A stretch of DNA of 64,000 nt from Planctomycetota bacterium (GCA_017302815.1 JAFLCQ010000001.1:17652-81651), one strand, 5' to 3'; shown: positions 26,256-37,361, counted from the stretch's first letter. Numbers and translations: made by a program. Notes: generated from the letters alone by a model not told the origin.

Positions 26256-29200
26256 TCATTCCGGGCGCCCCAGGATCAGGTTTCCCCATTCAGCCGGGTA
26301 GAGCCGCGCTTCGGTCGGAATGTCGAGATTGGCGCAGCAGGCGGCGCTGCGCGCGTGCCACCACGAGACACGGGCATTCGTCTGACCGGCCGGATCGCTG
26401 CTGTTCACCTGCACGTCGAAGGGGATGCTCTGGCCAGGCTGTGGATCCAGTCCGATGGTCGTCCATGGGATCGCGCATTCCATCCACCAACCGGTGGTCT
26501 TGCGCAGAAAGGACACAGGAATGGTGATCTGGCGGACTTCGTCCATGGCGAAGCGCCCAACCGGGGAAATGAAATCGTAGGGCATCTTGCTGGCGCTCTT
26601 CGGACGGTAGAGGACCACCACCGGCTTGTCCTTGAAGCTGGTCATCGCCACCTTCACCGCCGAATCGCCGGCGCCGAAGCAGAAGGCGATCATGTCGCCG
26701 CCCTTGAACAGCACGCGTGGATCGGAAGCCGCATTGAGCAACGGCGAGTCGTCGCTCACCTGGGCCGAAGCATAGAAGTTGTCCTCATCCCATGCCGTGC
26801 GGAAACGTGCCACATAGCCGGTGTCGCCGATGATCGGGTTCTCCTCGGTGAAGGCCTCCCAGTCCTGGGATCGGCCGTCGATCCTGATCGGCTTCTCGGT
26901 CATGCCGGCCAAGGCGGTGTCGTCTGCCGCCGCCGGCAGGTTCTCATCGAGGCGGAACCACCCCCAGCCATCAGGGGTCAGCGCCTCGTCGACGGCGGGA
27001 TCCCCGGTCAGGCGCATCGCCGGGTTGCGCCCCTGCCAATAGGTCACGCTCGGTTGCGTCCCTGGCCAGATCACCCCGGCGTCGAAGCGCAGGCGCTTGC
27101 CCTTGAGATCTTTCAGCGACTGGCCGGGCAGGAGGATGTGAAGCCAGGGGATCTTGAAGTAGACGATCTGCCCGTTGCGTTGCAGCGGCAGCTCGCGATC
27201 GATCTGCACCTTCTGACCATCGCCGAGGAAGCGCACGTCGTCGAACGCAAGGCGCGCCGCCGGTCCGACATAGGTGTGGGGCTGGTTGCGATCTGCATCG
27301 CCAGGCTTGCCGCCGGCGGGGAGCGGCCCGTGACGTTGTCGCTGGCGCAAGACCCCGCTGAACCTGTCGTCGCTGAGCTGGATGGCGACAAAGCGCTGAT
27401 CACCTGTCATCGGCGCGCTGCGTCCGGGGTCCGCCTGAGGATCGATGCCGACAAGCAGTTCGATGGCGGCGCCGAAGCGCCGGACACTGGTGAGGTCGGG
27501 ATCTGGTTTGGGCGCATTGCGCGAGGTCTTCTTAGGCTGCTCCTTGGGTATCTCGACGGCCTCGAACCTCTGTTCGGTGAGCAGGTCGGCAAGGACGTAC
27601 AGGTTCTGATCGTCATAGAGCATGCGGATCTCAGCCGCCGGCCTGCCATCACGTTGAATCAGCAGGGGAAAGGCGTCCCGTCGCCAGTCGATCCCTTGAA
27701 CCGGCAGGAATCCCTTCTCGGCCGGGCGGGCGCCCATCGTCCGGCGGATCAGGCACTCGCCGGGTGCGGTCTGGGAGGCGAATGCGGGTAATTGCGGTCC
27801 ACTGATGGCGAGCGGGACTGGCGCCAGAGTCTTGAACGACTCCAAGCCGCTGATCTCGAAGACGTGCGTCGCCTGGTGGCTGGAGATGTACAGCCGCTTG
27901 GCGCCGGTCTTCGGGTCCTCCATGACCGAGCCCGAGAAATTCTCGACCTGCAGCAGGTCGGGACCAGGTACGGTCTTGCGGTAGGGATCCTGCAGGATGG
28001 TGGTGACGAAGAAACCGTCGCGATGGATGAGGTGGACCACGCCTTCCATATCGCTGACGAAAAGACAATCGGCCATCATGCCGTTGTTGCGGTACGGATA
28101 GTAGACTTCGCCCGGACCGGCGGCTCCGATCGCCTTGCGACCGACGAACCAGCGGGGTTTCCAGGCGGCGTCGAAGCTGGCGATCACATGTTCGCTGGAA
28201 CGACCCGACCAGAAGCCCTTGCCGGCCGGCCGGCTGGCAGGATTGCGGCGGAAGAGATGGTAGAAATTGCCATCTTCACCGCAGAAACGCGTAGCACCGC
28301 TGCTGTAGAACGGGAATCCGTCATCGACCGCACCCGGAGTTTCGGCGATGTCAGCGGCCTCGTAGATGGGAACGCCGGTCGGGGTGAAGGTGCATGGCTT
28401 CCACAAGTAGCCGATCGGGGCGTGGATGGTGAAGTCTGGGGCGAGGGCGAACCCGCCGCCGCGGCCTTTGGGCATCTGACCGAAGCGGAATTCTTCTGCC
28501 TGGGCCGTGCCGTCGTCGTTGCGGTCGCACCACAGTACGCATTCGCGCGCATGGCCCTGGGGTTTGATGCCGGATGCCTCGGACAACCGCTTGATGGTTG
28601 GATTGAAGTCGAAGCGCGGCCAAAAGCCCTCCCTGCCCATCCAGGGCCAGCCCCTTGGCGCGTGGCACCGGCAGGTCCTCGTCCGGCCGGGCGGCAAGGG
28701 TCTCGGCATCGAAGGCTGCGATGCGGTCGCGGTGGGGCAGCGACAACCAGACGCGGTCGTTGCCTGCGGTGATGCCCCAGACATGGCCGCGCGTGTCGGC
28801 CCGGCGGTGCTGGTAGGTCAGGCTGCCTGGTATGTCTTCAAGCGTCTTGACGTCCTTGGCCTTGGCTGCGCCATGGTCGGCGATCTGGGCGAGGATCTCG
28901 CCGTTGGCCGGGTTGAGGCGGATCAGCCGCTTGCCGTTGACACCGAACAGCCGGCTGCCGTCGCTGGCCATTCCGACCACCCCTTCGAAGGCGCCAAGGG
29001 ACTTCCCCCACAGCCCCTTGCCGCCGTCGGCGTCGCGCTTCATCAGGGCGAATGGACCTTCGGTACTGCACCAACCCAAGTAGACACCGGTACCGTCGAC
29101 CGCGACTGCGGTCGGGTTGCCATGGTTCCCGCCCCAGCCGCCGAGGCCTTCGGCGGGATTGTAGGGCGTCATCCAACTCGGGGTGCCGCTGTTTCCGATG

Positions 29201-29493
29201 CTGGCAACGTGCTTCCAGCCGATCGGATCGTGGGTCAGCACACGCAACTGGTATCTACCGGCCGGCATCAAGCGTCCGATGTTGTCCCGACCGTCCCACT
29301 CGAAGATCCGGTTGCCGGCCTCTACCTGGGCGTCGACAAGCAGTTCGCGTACCACCCAGCCGTCCGGACGGGTGATGGTCACGCTGACCCGGCAGGCGCG
29401 GTCGATGGCCAGTTGCACGCTGGCGCCTGCCGGTGGTGGATCGGCCCCGGCCAGGAGGGTGACGAGGGCGATCAATAGAAGTGCATGCCGCAT
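26256..29493 (-). pseudogene. Paralog 2 of the giant FlgD-Ig/beta-propeller/CBM9-like family, interrupted by a 1-nt frameshift near 28626
   Basis: Two overlapping minus-strand ORFs (28351..29799 and 26256..28784). The family-like sequence switches frame at GAT GGG CAG GGA GGG c TTT TGG (plus-strand about 28621-28635). The upstream part starts at ATG 29493 with signal peptide MRHALLLIALVTLLAGA. The downstream part carries DRNDDGTAQAEE and two CBM9-like modules. Confidence 0.65.
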
Positions 29494-29524
29494 GGATGAA
29501 CACCGATAGACGATGGCGGGGTGA

Positions 29525-31588
29525 TCACGCTGCCGAAGGATCGAGCAGCAGGACCTCGCCGGCGCGCAGCGGCAGGTAGCCGTCGGAGGAGGTGGCCGGC
29601 CGCTTGCTGAGGGCGCTGATCGCACGGCCTGTGTAGCGCAGCCGACCATCCCGGATCGGCCAGACGCAGGCGGGCCGTCCGGCGTCATCCAGCCATAGGA
29701 CGTGGTCGCCTCCCTCGACCAGGCGCATGCGCCGCATGCGCGGCAGCGCGGCGTTGTACTGGTGGTTGACCCGGGCGAATGCCTCGGCGTGGTGTCCACC
29801 GGGTAGTCGTGGCCTGTTCGACGTCGCGCCGTCCGCCCAGGGATCGGCGCTCGGCGTGACCAGCACGCGATGGGCGGCCATCCAGAAATAGCGCTCCGCG
29901 GTCAGCTGCCCGTCGGCGGCGGCATCACCGTTGCGACAGAAGAAGTTGGTGTACGAGTCGGTGAGGGCGAAGATGTCGTCGTTCTCGACCGTGTCCGACC
30001 ACAGCCGGCGTCGGAACTGGTCCGGGGAAGCCCCGAACACGCCGGCCTGGCCGCAGCCGAAGATGGTGATCGTCTCGGGCCGGCAGGCGCGGTAGCCGGC
30101 CTGCTGCAGGCGGCCCAGCATGCGGAATATCTCGTTGGCCTGCGGCGCCCGGTCTGGCGCCCCCCAGTCGACAGCGGTGATGCCCAGGTTGTGGAAGCTG
30201 TCCCAGAATGCCCCGTTGAGTCCGGTCCGCTGCTGCACCGACCGGACCTGACCTTCCAGTTCGGCGCCGTACGGAGAACGCATCCGGCCGGTGTTCAGGA
30301 TATGGTAGGACGCGTCATAGGGATCGCCGTCCGGCTCCTTCAGCACCCAGTCCTGATGCTCCCTCAGGATGGGGGCGTAGCGGGACAGGTGGTTCGAGAA
30401 CCACTGCGACACCGAGATGCCGTTTGCATGCGCGACGTCGCAGAGCTGGCGCATGCCGGTGTCGCCACCGAACTCCTGCGCATATCGGAAGGCATAGGGA
30501 CAGCAGATGGTCTGGCCGGGGTAGGCTTGGGGATCGCTGGTCGCCGACTCCCATACCCCGAAGGTGTACAGCCAGCGCCAGCCCATGCGGGCCGCATCGG
30601 GGAGGATGTCCATCAACGGCAGCCGCCAGTCGGATCCCCGGCGCTTCAGTTCGGCATCCCAGAGATGGGCGCTGAAGGTCGGTTCGGGAATCTCGGCATG
30701 CATGCCATAGTACGCCAGGATGCGGTCACGGACCACGGCCTGGAGATCGAGCCACAGGTTGCGCCATGCATGGCGTGCGAGGGTGGTGCCGGACCTGTGC
30801 ACCATCAGGGTGCGCTCAGGCGCCGCCACCCGTTCGCCGAGGGGGAAGAACGGCCGGTCGAGGTAATGGATGACGTCTTCGCCGGCGAACTTGTCGATGC
30901 GCGACCGGCTCAGGGATGGACGCTCGCAGAACAGGGCCAGCGCATAGTCGCCCTTGGCCTGGAAATCGAGATGCGAGCTGCCCGCGCCGCGCGGCATCAT
31001 GTCCATGGGATAGCTGCCGACATGAGTGCCCAGCTGGAACTTCTCGGTGGTCGTGAAGGCGCTGTCCCGCGTCACCGGCTGCTCCGGCCGGATCGAGGAC
31101 ATGTCGCGCTGGATCAACGTGCACCCCTCGGCTGATCCTCCGATCTCCCAGGTCGCTTCCTCAAGGATCCAATGCAGTGGATGCCCGGCGCAGTCGATCT
31201 CGATCGTCCAGGCGAGGCCATCCCAGTCGGCACCGTGCAGCCTGCTCTGCTTGACCGGCCTGAAGCGCCAACGCATCCTGGCCGAAGCGGAACCGATCCG
31301 GCGAGTGCGCAGGCGGTCGTCACCCATGGCATCGCCTTCCTGGATGCGCGGCATGCGGGAGCCGTGCGCGTGCAGCACCAGGATCTGCGCCTCGCCGTCC
31401 CGCTCGATGCCAAGCAGGGAGAAATCTGCGAAGCGGATGCCGGTCTCGCTCTCGGCGTACACGGTCCATGGCAACGCGTCCGAACGCAGGATCCGGCCGT
31501 GATGCTCGACCGTCCCGATGCCGAGGAAGTTCTCGCCGTCGGTCTGGAGGTGCAGGGTGAAACCGTTGTCGAAGCAGAGCTTGGCCAT
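29525..31588 (-). CDS. Hypothetical protein (possible TIM-barrel glycosidase-like C-terminal half)
   Basis: GAGGAG RBS 6 nt before ATG 31588. 687 aa with normal coding composition. I recognise no diagnostic motif; the function is guessed from context only. Confidence 0.55.
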   Translation of the reverse strand: MAKLCFDNGFTLHLQTDGENFLGIGTVEHHGRILRSDALPWTVYAESETGIRFADFSLLGIERDGEAQILVLHAHGSRMPRIQEGDAMGDDRLRTRRIGSASARMRWRFRPVKQSRLHGADWDGLAWTIEIDCAGHPLHWILEEATWEIGGSAEGCTLIQRDMSSIRPEQPVTRDSAFTTTEKFQLGTHVGSYPMDMMPRGAGSSHLDFQAKGDYALALFCERPSLSRSRIDKFAGEDVIHYLDRPFFPLGERVAAPERTLMVHRSGTTLARHAWRNLWLDLQAVVRDRILAYYGMHAEIPEPTFSAHLWDAELKRRGSDWRLPLMDILPDAARMGWRWLYTFGVWESATSDPQAYPGQTICCPYAFRYAQEFGGDTGMRQLCDVAHANGISVSQWFSNHLSRYAPILREHQDWVLKEPDGDPYDASYHILNTGRMRSPYGAELEGQVRSVQQRTGLNGAFWDSFHNLGITAVDWGAPDRAPQANEIFRMLGRLQQAGYRACRPETITIFGCGQAGVFGASPDQFRRRLWSDTVENDDIFALTDSYTNFFCRNGDAAADGQLTAERYFWMAAHRVLVTPSADPWADGATSNRPRLPGGHHAEAFARVNHQYNAALPRMRRMRLVEGGDHVLWLDDAGRPACVWPIRDGRLRYTGRAISALSKRPATSSDGYLPLRAGEVLLLDPSAA

Positions 31589-31775
31589 GCGGGACTCCTC
31601 AGCGGATGCACGTTCGTACGAGAGTAGCATCGCTTCCCGCGGTCGTTGTTCACCAGGCTGCCGGAGATGCGCTCTCCTGCCGGGTGAAGCGATCGGAGGA
31701 ATGCTTTATCCGGATAGTGGACTGAATCCCGGGACCAGGCTGGCAGTGGCGGTGACCTCGGGCGATGATCCCGCC

Positions 31776-33002
31776 ATGAACAGACCATACCATCTCGACG
31801 TGCGTGCATGCGGTGCCCTGGGCGACGGTGTCAGCCTTGATACGCAGGCCGTCCAGGCGGCGATCGACCGCTGCGCCGAGGGGGGGGGCGGCACCGTGCT
31901 GGTGCCGGCCGGCCGCTTCCTATGCGGATCGCTGCAATTGCGCAGCCGGGTCGGCTTGCATCTGGCGGCAGGGGCCACGATCCTGGGCAGCCGCAATCCC
32001 GCTGATTACTCGAATGCCGGCCTGTTCCGCGATGCGGTCGGAGCCGACCGCGGTCACGCTCTGATCCGGGCTGATGGGCAGGAAGAGATCTCAATCACCG
32101 GTTCAGGGACGATCGATGGGCAGGGGGCATCGCATCGACCGCCGGTCAGGCCGATGATCCTGCGCTTCACCTCATGCAGACGGGTCAACGTCGACGGTGT
32201 CGTGCTGCGCGATTCGGCCGCCTGGGTTCAGCATTACGTCGCATGCGACGATATGCGGCTGAACGGAGTCTCGGTCCACAGCAGGTCGAACCACAACAAT
32301 GACGGGCTGAATCTTGACGGTTGCCAGCGGGTCCGGGTCTCAGATTGCCTGTTCGACAGCGGCGATGACGCCTTGACCTTGAAGAGCACGACACCGCAAG
32401 CGTGCCGGGACATCGTCATCTCCAACTGCATCATGAGCAGCGCGTGCAATGCGCTGAAGTTCGGAACTGAATCCATCGGCGGATTCCAGAACGTCGCCAT
32501 AAGCAACTGCGTCATCCATGATACGCGTCTGTGCGGGATCACGGTCGCATCGGTCGATGGTGCGTTGATCGACAATGTGATCATATCGGGGATCACCATG
32601 CGCAACGTCGGCGAAGCCCTGCTCGTCAGGCTCGGAAGCCGAGGTTACCATATGCCCAAGGATGCCTCACCGCGTCCGTGCGGTCACCTGCGCAACCTGA
32701 TCATCCGCGATGTCATCGCCACGGGAACCGGTGGGCATGGCAGCGCGATCCTCGGTCTACCGGACCATCCCATCGAGGACGTCTGCATCGAGAACATGCT
32801 CGTGACCGGCAGCGGTGGCGGCCAGAAGATCGATGCGATCGAGGAGGGACCTGCCTACTATCCGCAATATGATCAATGGGGGGGATTCCCCGCCCACGGG
32901 TTGTATTGCCGGCATGTCCGGGGGCTACAGCAGCGGAACCTGCGATTCCGGACCATTGCTCCGGATCCCAGGCCGCCCGTGCGCCTCGACGACGTCTCCT
33001 GA
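31776..33002 (+). CDS. Glycoside hydrolase family 28 (polygalacturonase-like right-handed beta-helix)
   Basis: N-terminus DVRACGALGDGVSLDTQAVQAAIDRCAEGGGGTVLVPAGRF. Catalytic-region pattern NNDGLNLDGCQRVRVSDCLFDSGDDALTLKS. Start taken at internal ATG 31776 of the tracked ORF. Confidence 0.85.
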   Translation: MNRPYHLDVRACGALGDGVSLDTQAVQAAIDRCAEGGGGTVLVPAGRFLCGSLQLRSRVGLHLAAGATILGSRNPADYSNAGLFRDAVGADRGHALIRADGQEEISITGSGTIDGQGASHRPPVRPMILRFTSCRRVNVDGVVLRDSAAWVQHYVACDDMRLNGVSVHSRSNHNNDGLNLDGCQRVRVSDCLFDSGDDALTLKSTTPQACRDIVISNCIMSSACNALKFGTESIGGFQNVAISNCVIHDTRLCGITVASVDGALIDNVIISGITMRNVGEALLVRLGSRGYHMPKDASPRPCGHLRNLIIRDVIATGTGGHGSAILGLPDHPIEDVCIENMLVTGSGGGQKIDAIEEGPAYYPQYDQWGGFPAHGLYCRHVRGLQQRNLRFRTIAPDPRPPVRLDDVS

Positions 33003-33117
33003 TGCTTCAGCCCGCGACTGCAGTAATGTCCAGGACATGCCGTCACCGCATTGGAACGCCGGCGTTCCCTGTTGCCGTGCTCGACAGGTCTGGCCCAGCA
33101 CCGTTTCCGGAGGTTCC

Positions 33118-36100
33118 ATGCGCGTCCGCAGCTTGACCCTCGCCTCCATCGCTCTGTCCGTGGCAGGGCATGCGACCGAGACCGAGAACAACCACCTGCG
33201 CATCCTGCCGGCCACCGCACCGATCGTGGTCGACGGAGCGTTCGCTGATTGGGATCTGACGGCGGGCATCTTCGCCGTCAATGATGCCGAGTACCTGAGG
33301 GAGCATTACGGCCTCTGGTTCCACGCGATGTACGATGCCGAGAATCTCTACATCCTGGCGCGATGGAACGACCCGGCTCCGCTTGACAATCCGGGTTCGA
33401 GCAAGGGCGACCAGCCATTCGCTGGCGACTGCCTGCAGTTCCGCATCATCACCAGATACAAGGAGGCGGATGCCGAACGCGTCTCCCACTGGTCGTGCTG
33501 GCGCGATCGGGATGGCGTGGACATGGTCGATCTCGCCTACGGCCGGACCTTCAAGGATGGCCGGCTGCGGGACGCCCAGGAGAAGGGGGCGAAGCAGGAG
33601 TTCTCCATCGCGGCGGATGGAAAGCACTATGTCCAGGAGATATCGATCCCCTGGTCCTTGCTCACCATCGATGGCAAGCCGCTGACAGCCGGCAGCTCGG
33701 TGCGCATGGCGCTGGAGCCGAACTACACGGCCGGGGCCGGTGGGCGCGTGTCGATCAAGGACCTGTTCAGGCCCGACATCGTGCCTGATCGGGTTTTCAC
33801 CTTCCGCGCCTTTGATCTTTGGGGTGAGGGCCGCCTGCTCGCCGCTTCGGACGGCAAGACCCAGCCGGTACGCCTCGCCGACGGTCGGACATTCCCGGTG
33901 CATATGGACGGAGCTGTGCCGAAGATCGATTGGACCGGGCTGATCACGAGCAAAGATCCAGTCGGTTTCAAGGACATCCGCTATGTCGTGCCGGAGGATG
34001 GCAGCGTATCGCTCAATCTGGTTGATGCGGAAGGACGGGTCGTTCGCCAGCTGCTGACATCGGCGTTCCGCGCTGCCGGCGAACACGTGGTGCAATGGGA
34101 TGGTCTGACCACGCCGTTCCTGGATCAGCCGGGCGACGTGGTTCCGGCAGGAAGCTACAGTTGGAAGGCGATCTGGAATCCAGGCGTCGGACTACGCCTG
34201 CGCGGCTTCGCCAGCAACGGAGGCAGTGTGCCCTGGGACGCCGGTCCTGGTACGAACTGGGGTGGTGATCATGGGACGGTCGAGGCGACGGCGGCGGGTG
34301 ACGGTATCATGTTCCTGGGCTGGGGTGGGGCCGAGGCCGGGAAGGCGCTGGTCGCCTGCGATGAATCCGGTGCGGTGCGCTGGCGCCACATCCGCGGTGG
34401 CATGGGCGGCGCCGGCCTGGTAGGCCACGATCGCGGCGTCGTTTTCGTCGTCGATCATGGCAGCGTCCTCTACCGTCTTGACGCCAAGACCGGGAATTAC
34501 GTCGTGTGGCGGGATGGCACGCTGCCTGAGAGCAAGATCGTCGATCTGTGGGGCAAGCAGCCGCGCAACATGCCGGATCGGGTCGAAGGCATGGATGCCG
34601 GGCATGGCAAGATATACCTGACCTGTGCCGGGGCGGGTTTCCGGCGTCAAGATGTGAGCGACTGGCCGGCGCTGATTGGCAAGATCAAGGCTGATCAGGG
34701 CCCTGGCAAGGTGGTAAAGGCCGGTCTCAATCCCTATTGGGTCAAGCAGCTCGGCTCGAAGTGGAAGCCGGATCTGGACCTCGCGAAATTCGCCGCTTCG
34801 CCGAACTATCAGACTCCCGACCTGCGCGATGACATCGTCCGCTCCCTCAACCGCCTGCTGTCGAGCGCGGATCTTGGCGCAGCGGGCGGCCTGAAAGGCA
34901 CGGAGCTCACCCAGGCCAATCGAGCGATCCTCGAAGCGGGTCTGCCCGAACTGCTGCCGATGCGCAGCAACTTCCTGGCCGTGCTCGATGCGGCCAGCGG
35001 GGCGCTGGAGAAGTTCATCGACCTTCCGCAGCCGCGCTCGGTGCGCGCCATGCAGGATGGCCGGGTGCTGGTCGTGGTGGAGGATGGCACCGCCCTGGTG
35101 GCCGTCGATCCCAAGACCGGGACATCGAGCCGGATCCTTACCGGCAAGGGCATCACCTGCGCGGCCGGACACCCCAGCGGTCGCATCTTCGTGGGGATCG
35201 CCGGCGAACGCCAGCAGGTGGTCATCCTCGACTCCACGGGCGCCGAGATCGGCACGATCGGCCGGAAGGGCGGACGCCAGGCCATCGGGCCCTGGCAGGC
35301 GGATGGCATGCGCAAGCCGGTCAGCCTCAGCTTCGACGGACGCGGGAACCTCTGGGTGGCCGAGTCGACCGGATCACCGAAGCGGGTGAGCGTCTGGGAT
35401 GTCGGAACGGGACGTCTGTTGCGCGATTTCTTCGGCTCGACGCATTACGGCGCGAGCGGCGGAGCCATCCATCCCCGTGATCCTGATGTGATGTTCGGGG
35501 AGGGCTGCGAATGGCGCATCGACCCGAAGACGGGGCGTGGGGCATGCCTTGGTGTCGCCGAGGAGGACTACGCCGACGGGGCGATCTACGCCGAGGCGGG
35601 CGGCAGGACCTATCTTGCGCTCAGTTACAACCGTCCGAAGAAGATCCGCATCTTCGAGCGTCTCGGCGATGGCAAGTTCATCCTGCGCTCATCGCTGGCC
35701 CATGCCGGCGAGGGTAAGGACGCCTCTACCCGGCTCTGGGCCGACACAAACGGGGATGCGACCGAGCAGGCCGATGAAGTCACCGTCCTCCCCGAACCGA
35801 TGTATGCCTGGGGCGCCAACTGGACGGGTTGGGTCAACGAGGATCTGTCGATCGGCGTCGGCCTCGAAAAGCGCAAGCGGGGCACCATCCTGGAGGTCAG
35901 CGGCTTCACCGCCTGCAATGCGCCCCGCTATGACCTGGAAGCCTCGCTGGCGAAGTGGAAGGCTGGCGCCGCCGGTCGCGCCTGCCCCGAGAAACGCGCC
36001 GTGCTGAGCGTCTCGAAGCTGTTGAGCTGCGTGGATCCGTCGACCGGGAAGGTGCGTTGGACCTATCCAAACACCTATGCCGGCGTGCATGGTTCGCACT

Positions 36101-37233
36101 ATGCCACGCCGCCGGAGCCCGGACTGCTGCGCGGAGCGTTCGCCGTCGTGGGAACTGCGCGGCTGCCGGCTCCGCTGGGCACCATCTGGGTGCTGAGCGG
36201 CAACTGCGGCGAGTGGTACATGTTCAATGAGGACGGATTCTTCGTTACCCAGCTGTTCCAGGGCGATCCGTTCAAGCAGCGCTTTCCCGACCAGGCGGTG
36301 CCGGGGGCCATCCTCGATGCTGCGCCCCCCGGGCTCGGTGGCGAGGATTTTGGCGGACATCTGCGGCAGGGAGCTGACGGCAAGGTCTACATCCAGGCGG
36401 GGAAGACGGCGCTATGGAATGTCGAGGTTGTCGGATTGGAGCGCATCAAGGCGCTTCCCGGCGGAACCGTCGAGATATCAACCGCAGACCAGGACAAGGC
36501 CAGGCAGCTGCGCGCCGATCTGCTTCAGGCGGCTGATCCCCGCAAGTTGACGGCGAAGCGGGGGAAGCCCGGCATGACCGGCGATTTCGCCGCTGACTGG
36601 AAGGGCCTGACGACCGTGGCTTTCAAGAAGCAGGACGATGCGGCGGTGAAGGCCGGCCTGGCCTGGGACGACGAGACGCTGCATGTCGCCTGGGAGGTCA
36701 TGGACGCCACGCCCTGGATCAACGGCGCCGACGCGCCGGAATTCATGTACGCCAGGGGCGACACCGTCGATCTCCAGCTGGCGACGGACCCCAAGGCCAA
36801 TGCCAAGCGGACCGATCCGGCCCTTGGAGACCTGCGCATCTCGATAGGACCGTTCCAGGGCAGGGCCGTCGCGGTCGTGTACCGCAAGGTCGCTGAAGCC
36901 AAGAAGCCCAAGGTCTTCAGCTCGGGAGTGGTCAAGGAGTACGTCATGGACAGCGTCGTGACCCTGGCGCGGGCGGAGATCAAAGTCCGCGTAGACGCAG
37001 CCAAGCGGCTCTACGTGGTCGAGGCTGCGCTGCCCCTTGCAGAGCTCGGACTGGTTCCGCGGACCGGGCTCGTCCTCAGCGGAGATTTCGGGGTCACGCA
37101 TGGCGATGCGTCGGGATCCGATACCGCCCTGCGCTCGCACTGGAGCAACCGGGAAACCGGCCTGGTGAACGATGAGGTGTTCGAGCTGATGATGTCGCCG
37201 AAGCGCTGGGGAGCGATCTCTTTCGCCGAATGA
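33118..37233 (+). CDS. Giant secreted protein: CBM9-like, FlgD-Ig-like, beta-propeller-like core, C-terminal CBM9-like (paralog 3)
   Basis: GGAGG RBS before ATG 33118. Signal peptide MRVRSLTLASIALSVAG. VDGAFADWDL...LYILARWNDPAPL module. AGSYSW Ig module. ASNGGSVPW and GGDHGTVEATAAGDGIMFLG blocks are shared with the paralogs. DTNGDATEQADE loop. Confidence 0.75.
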   Translation: MRVRSLTLASIALSVAGHATETENNHLRILPATAPIVVDGAFADWDLTAGIFAVNDAEYLREHYGLWFHAMYDAENLYILARWNDPAPLDNPGSSKGDQPFAGDCLQFRIITRYKEADAERVSHWSCWRDRDGVDMVDLAYGRTFKDGRLRDAQEKGAKQEFSIAADGKHYVQEISIPWSLLTIDGKPLTAGSSVRMALEPNYTAGAGGRVSIKDLFRPDIVPDRVFTFRAFDLWGEGRLLAASDGKTQPVRLADGRTFPVHMDGAVPKIDWTGLITSKDPVGFKDIRYVVPEDGSVSLNLVDAEGRVVRQLLTSAFRAAGEHVVQWDGLTTPFLDQPGDVVPAGSYSWKAIWNPGVGLRLRGFASNGGSVPWDAGPGTNWGGDHGTVEATAAGDGIMFLGWGGAEAGKALVACDESGAVRWRHIRGGMGGAGLVGHDRGVVFVVDHGSVLYRLDAKTGNYVVWRDGTLPESKIVDLWGKQPRNMPDRVEGMDAGHGKIYLTCAGAGFRRQDVSDWPALIGKIKADQGPGKVVKAGLNPYWVKQLGSKWKPDLDLAKFAASPNYQTPDLRDDIVRSLNRLLSSADLGAAGGLKGTELTQANRAILEAGLPELLPMRSNFLAVLDAASGALEKFIDLPQPRSVRAMQDGRVLVVVEDGTALVAVDPKTGTSSRILTGKGITCAAGHPSGRIFVGIAGERQQVVILDSTGAEIGTIGRKGGRQAIGPWQADGMRKPVSLSFDGRGNLWVAESTGSPKRVSVWDVGTGRLLRDFFGSTHYGASGGAIHPRDPDVMFGEGCEWRIDPKTGRGACLGVAEEDYADGAIYAEAGGRTYLALSYNRPKKIRIFERLGDGKFILRSSLAHAGEGKDASTRLWADTNGDATEQADEVTVLPEPMYAWGANWTGWVNEDLSIGVGLEKRKRGTILEVSGFTACNAPRYDLEASLAKWKAGAAGRACPEKRAVLSVSKLLSCVDPSTGKVRWTYPNTYAGVHGSHYATPPEPGLLRGAFAVVGTARLPAPLGTIWVLSGNCGEWYMFNEDGFFVTQLFQGDPFKQRFPDQAVPGAILDAAPPGLGGEDFGGHLRQGADGKVYIQAGKTALWNVEVVGLERIKALPGGTVEISTADQDKARQLRADLLQAADPRKLTAKRGKPGMTGDFAADWKGLTTVAFKKQDDAAVKAGLAWDDETLHVAWEVMDATPWINGADAPEFMYARGDTVDLQLATDPKANAKRTDPALGDLRISIGPFQGRAVAVVYRKVAEAKKPKVFSSGVVKEYVMDSVVTLARAEIKVRVDAAKRLYVVEAALPLAELGLVPRTGLVLSGDFGVTHGDASGSDTALRSHWSNRETGLVNDEVFELMMSPKRWGAISFAE

Positions 37234-37361
37234 GGGCGGACATCCCACCGATTGGGGCAACGATGCCCAGTTCGTTGCAGCGAGGATGCGAGTGAAGTCC
37301 GGATCCGTCGAGGCGGAAGGGCTGTAGGCGCGATAGTGGCGCCTTCCCGGAGGGCCAGAGG

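Noticed and set aside
28600-28650. Programmed ribosomal frameshift in paralog 2
   Set aside because: There is no slippery heptamer or downstream pseudoknot-like structure at the frame switch. A simple indel or sequencing error next to short homopolymers is more parsimonious.
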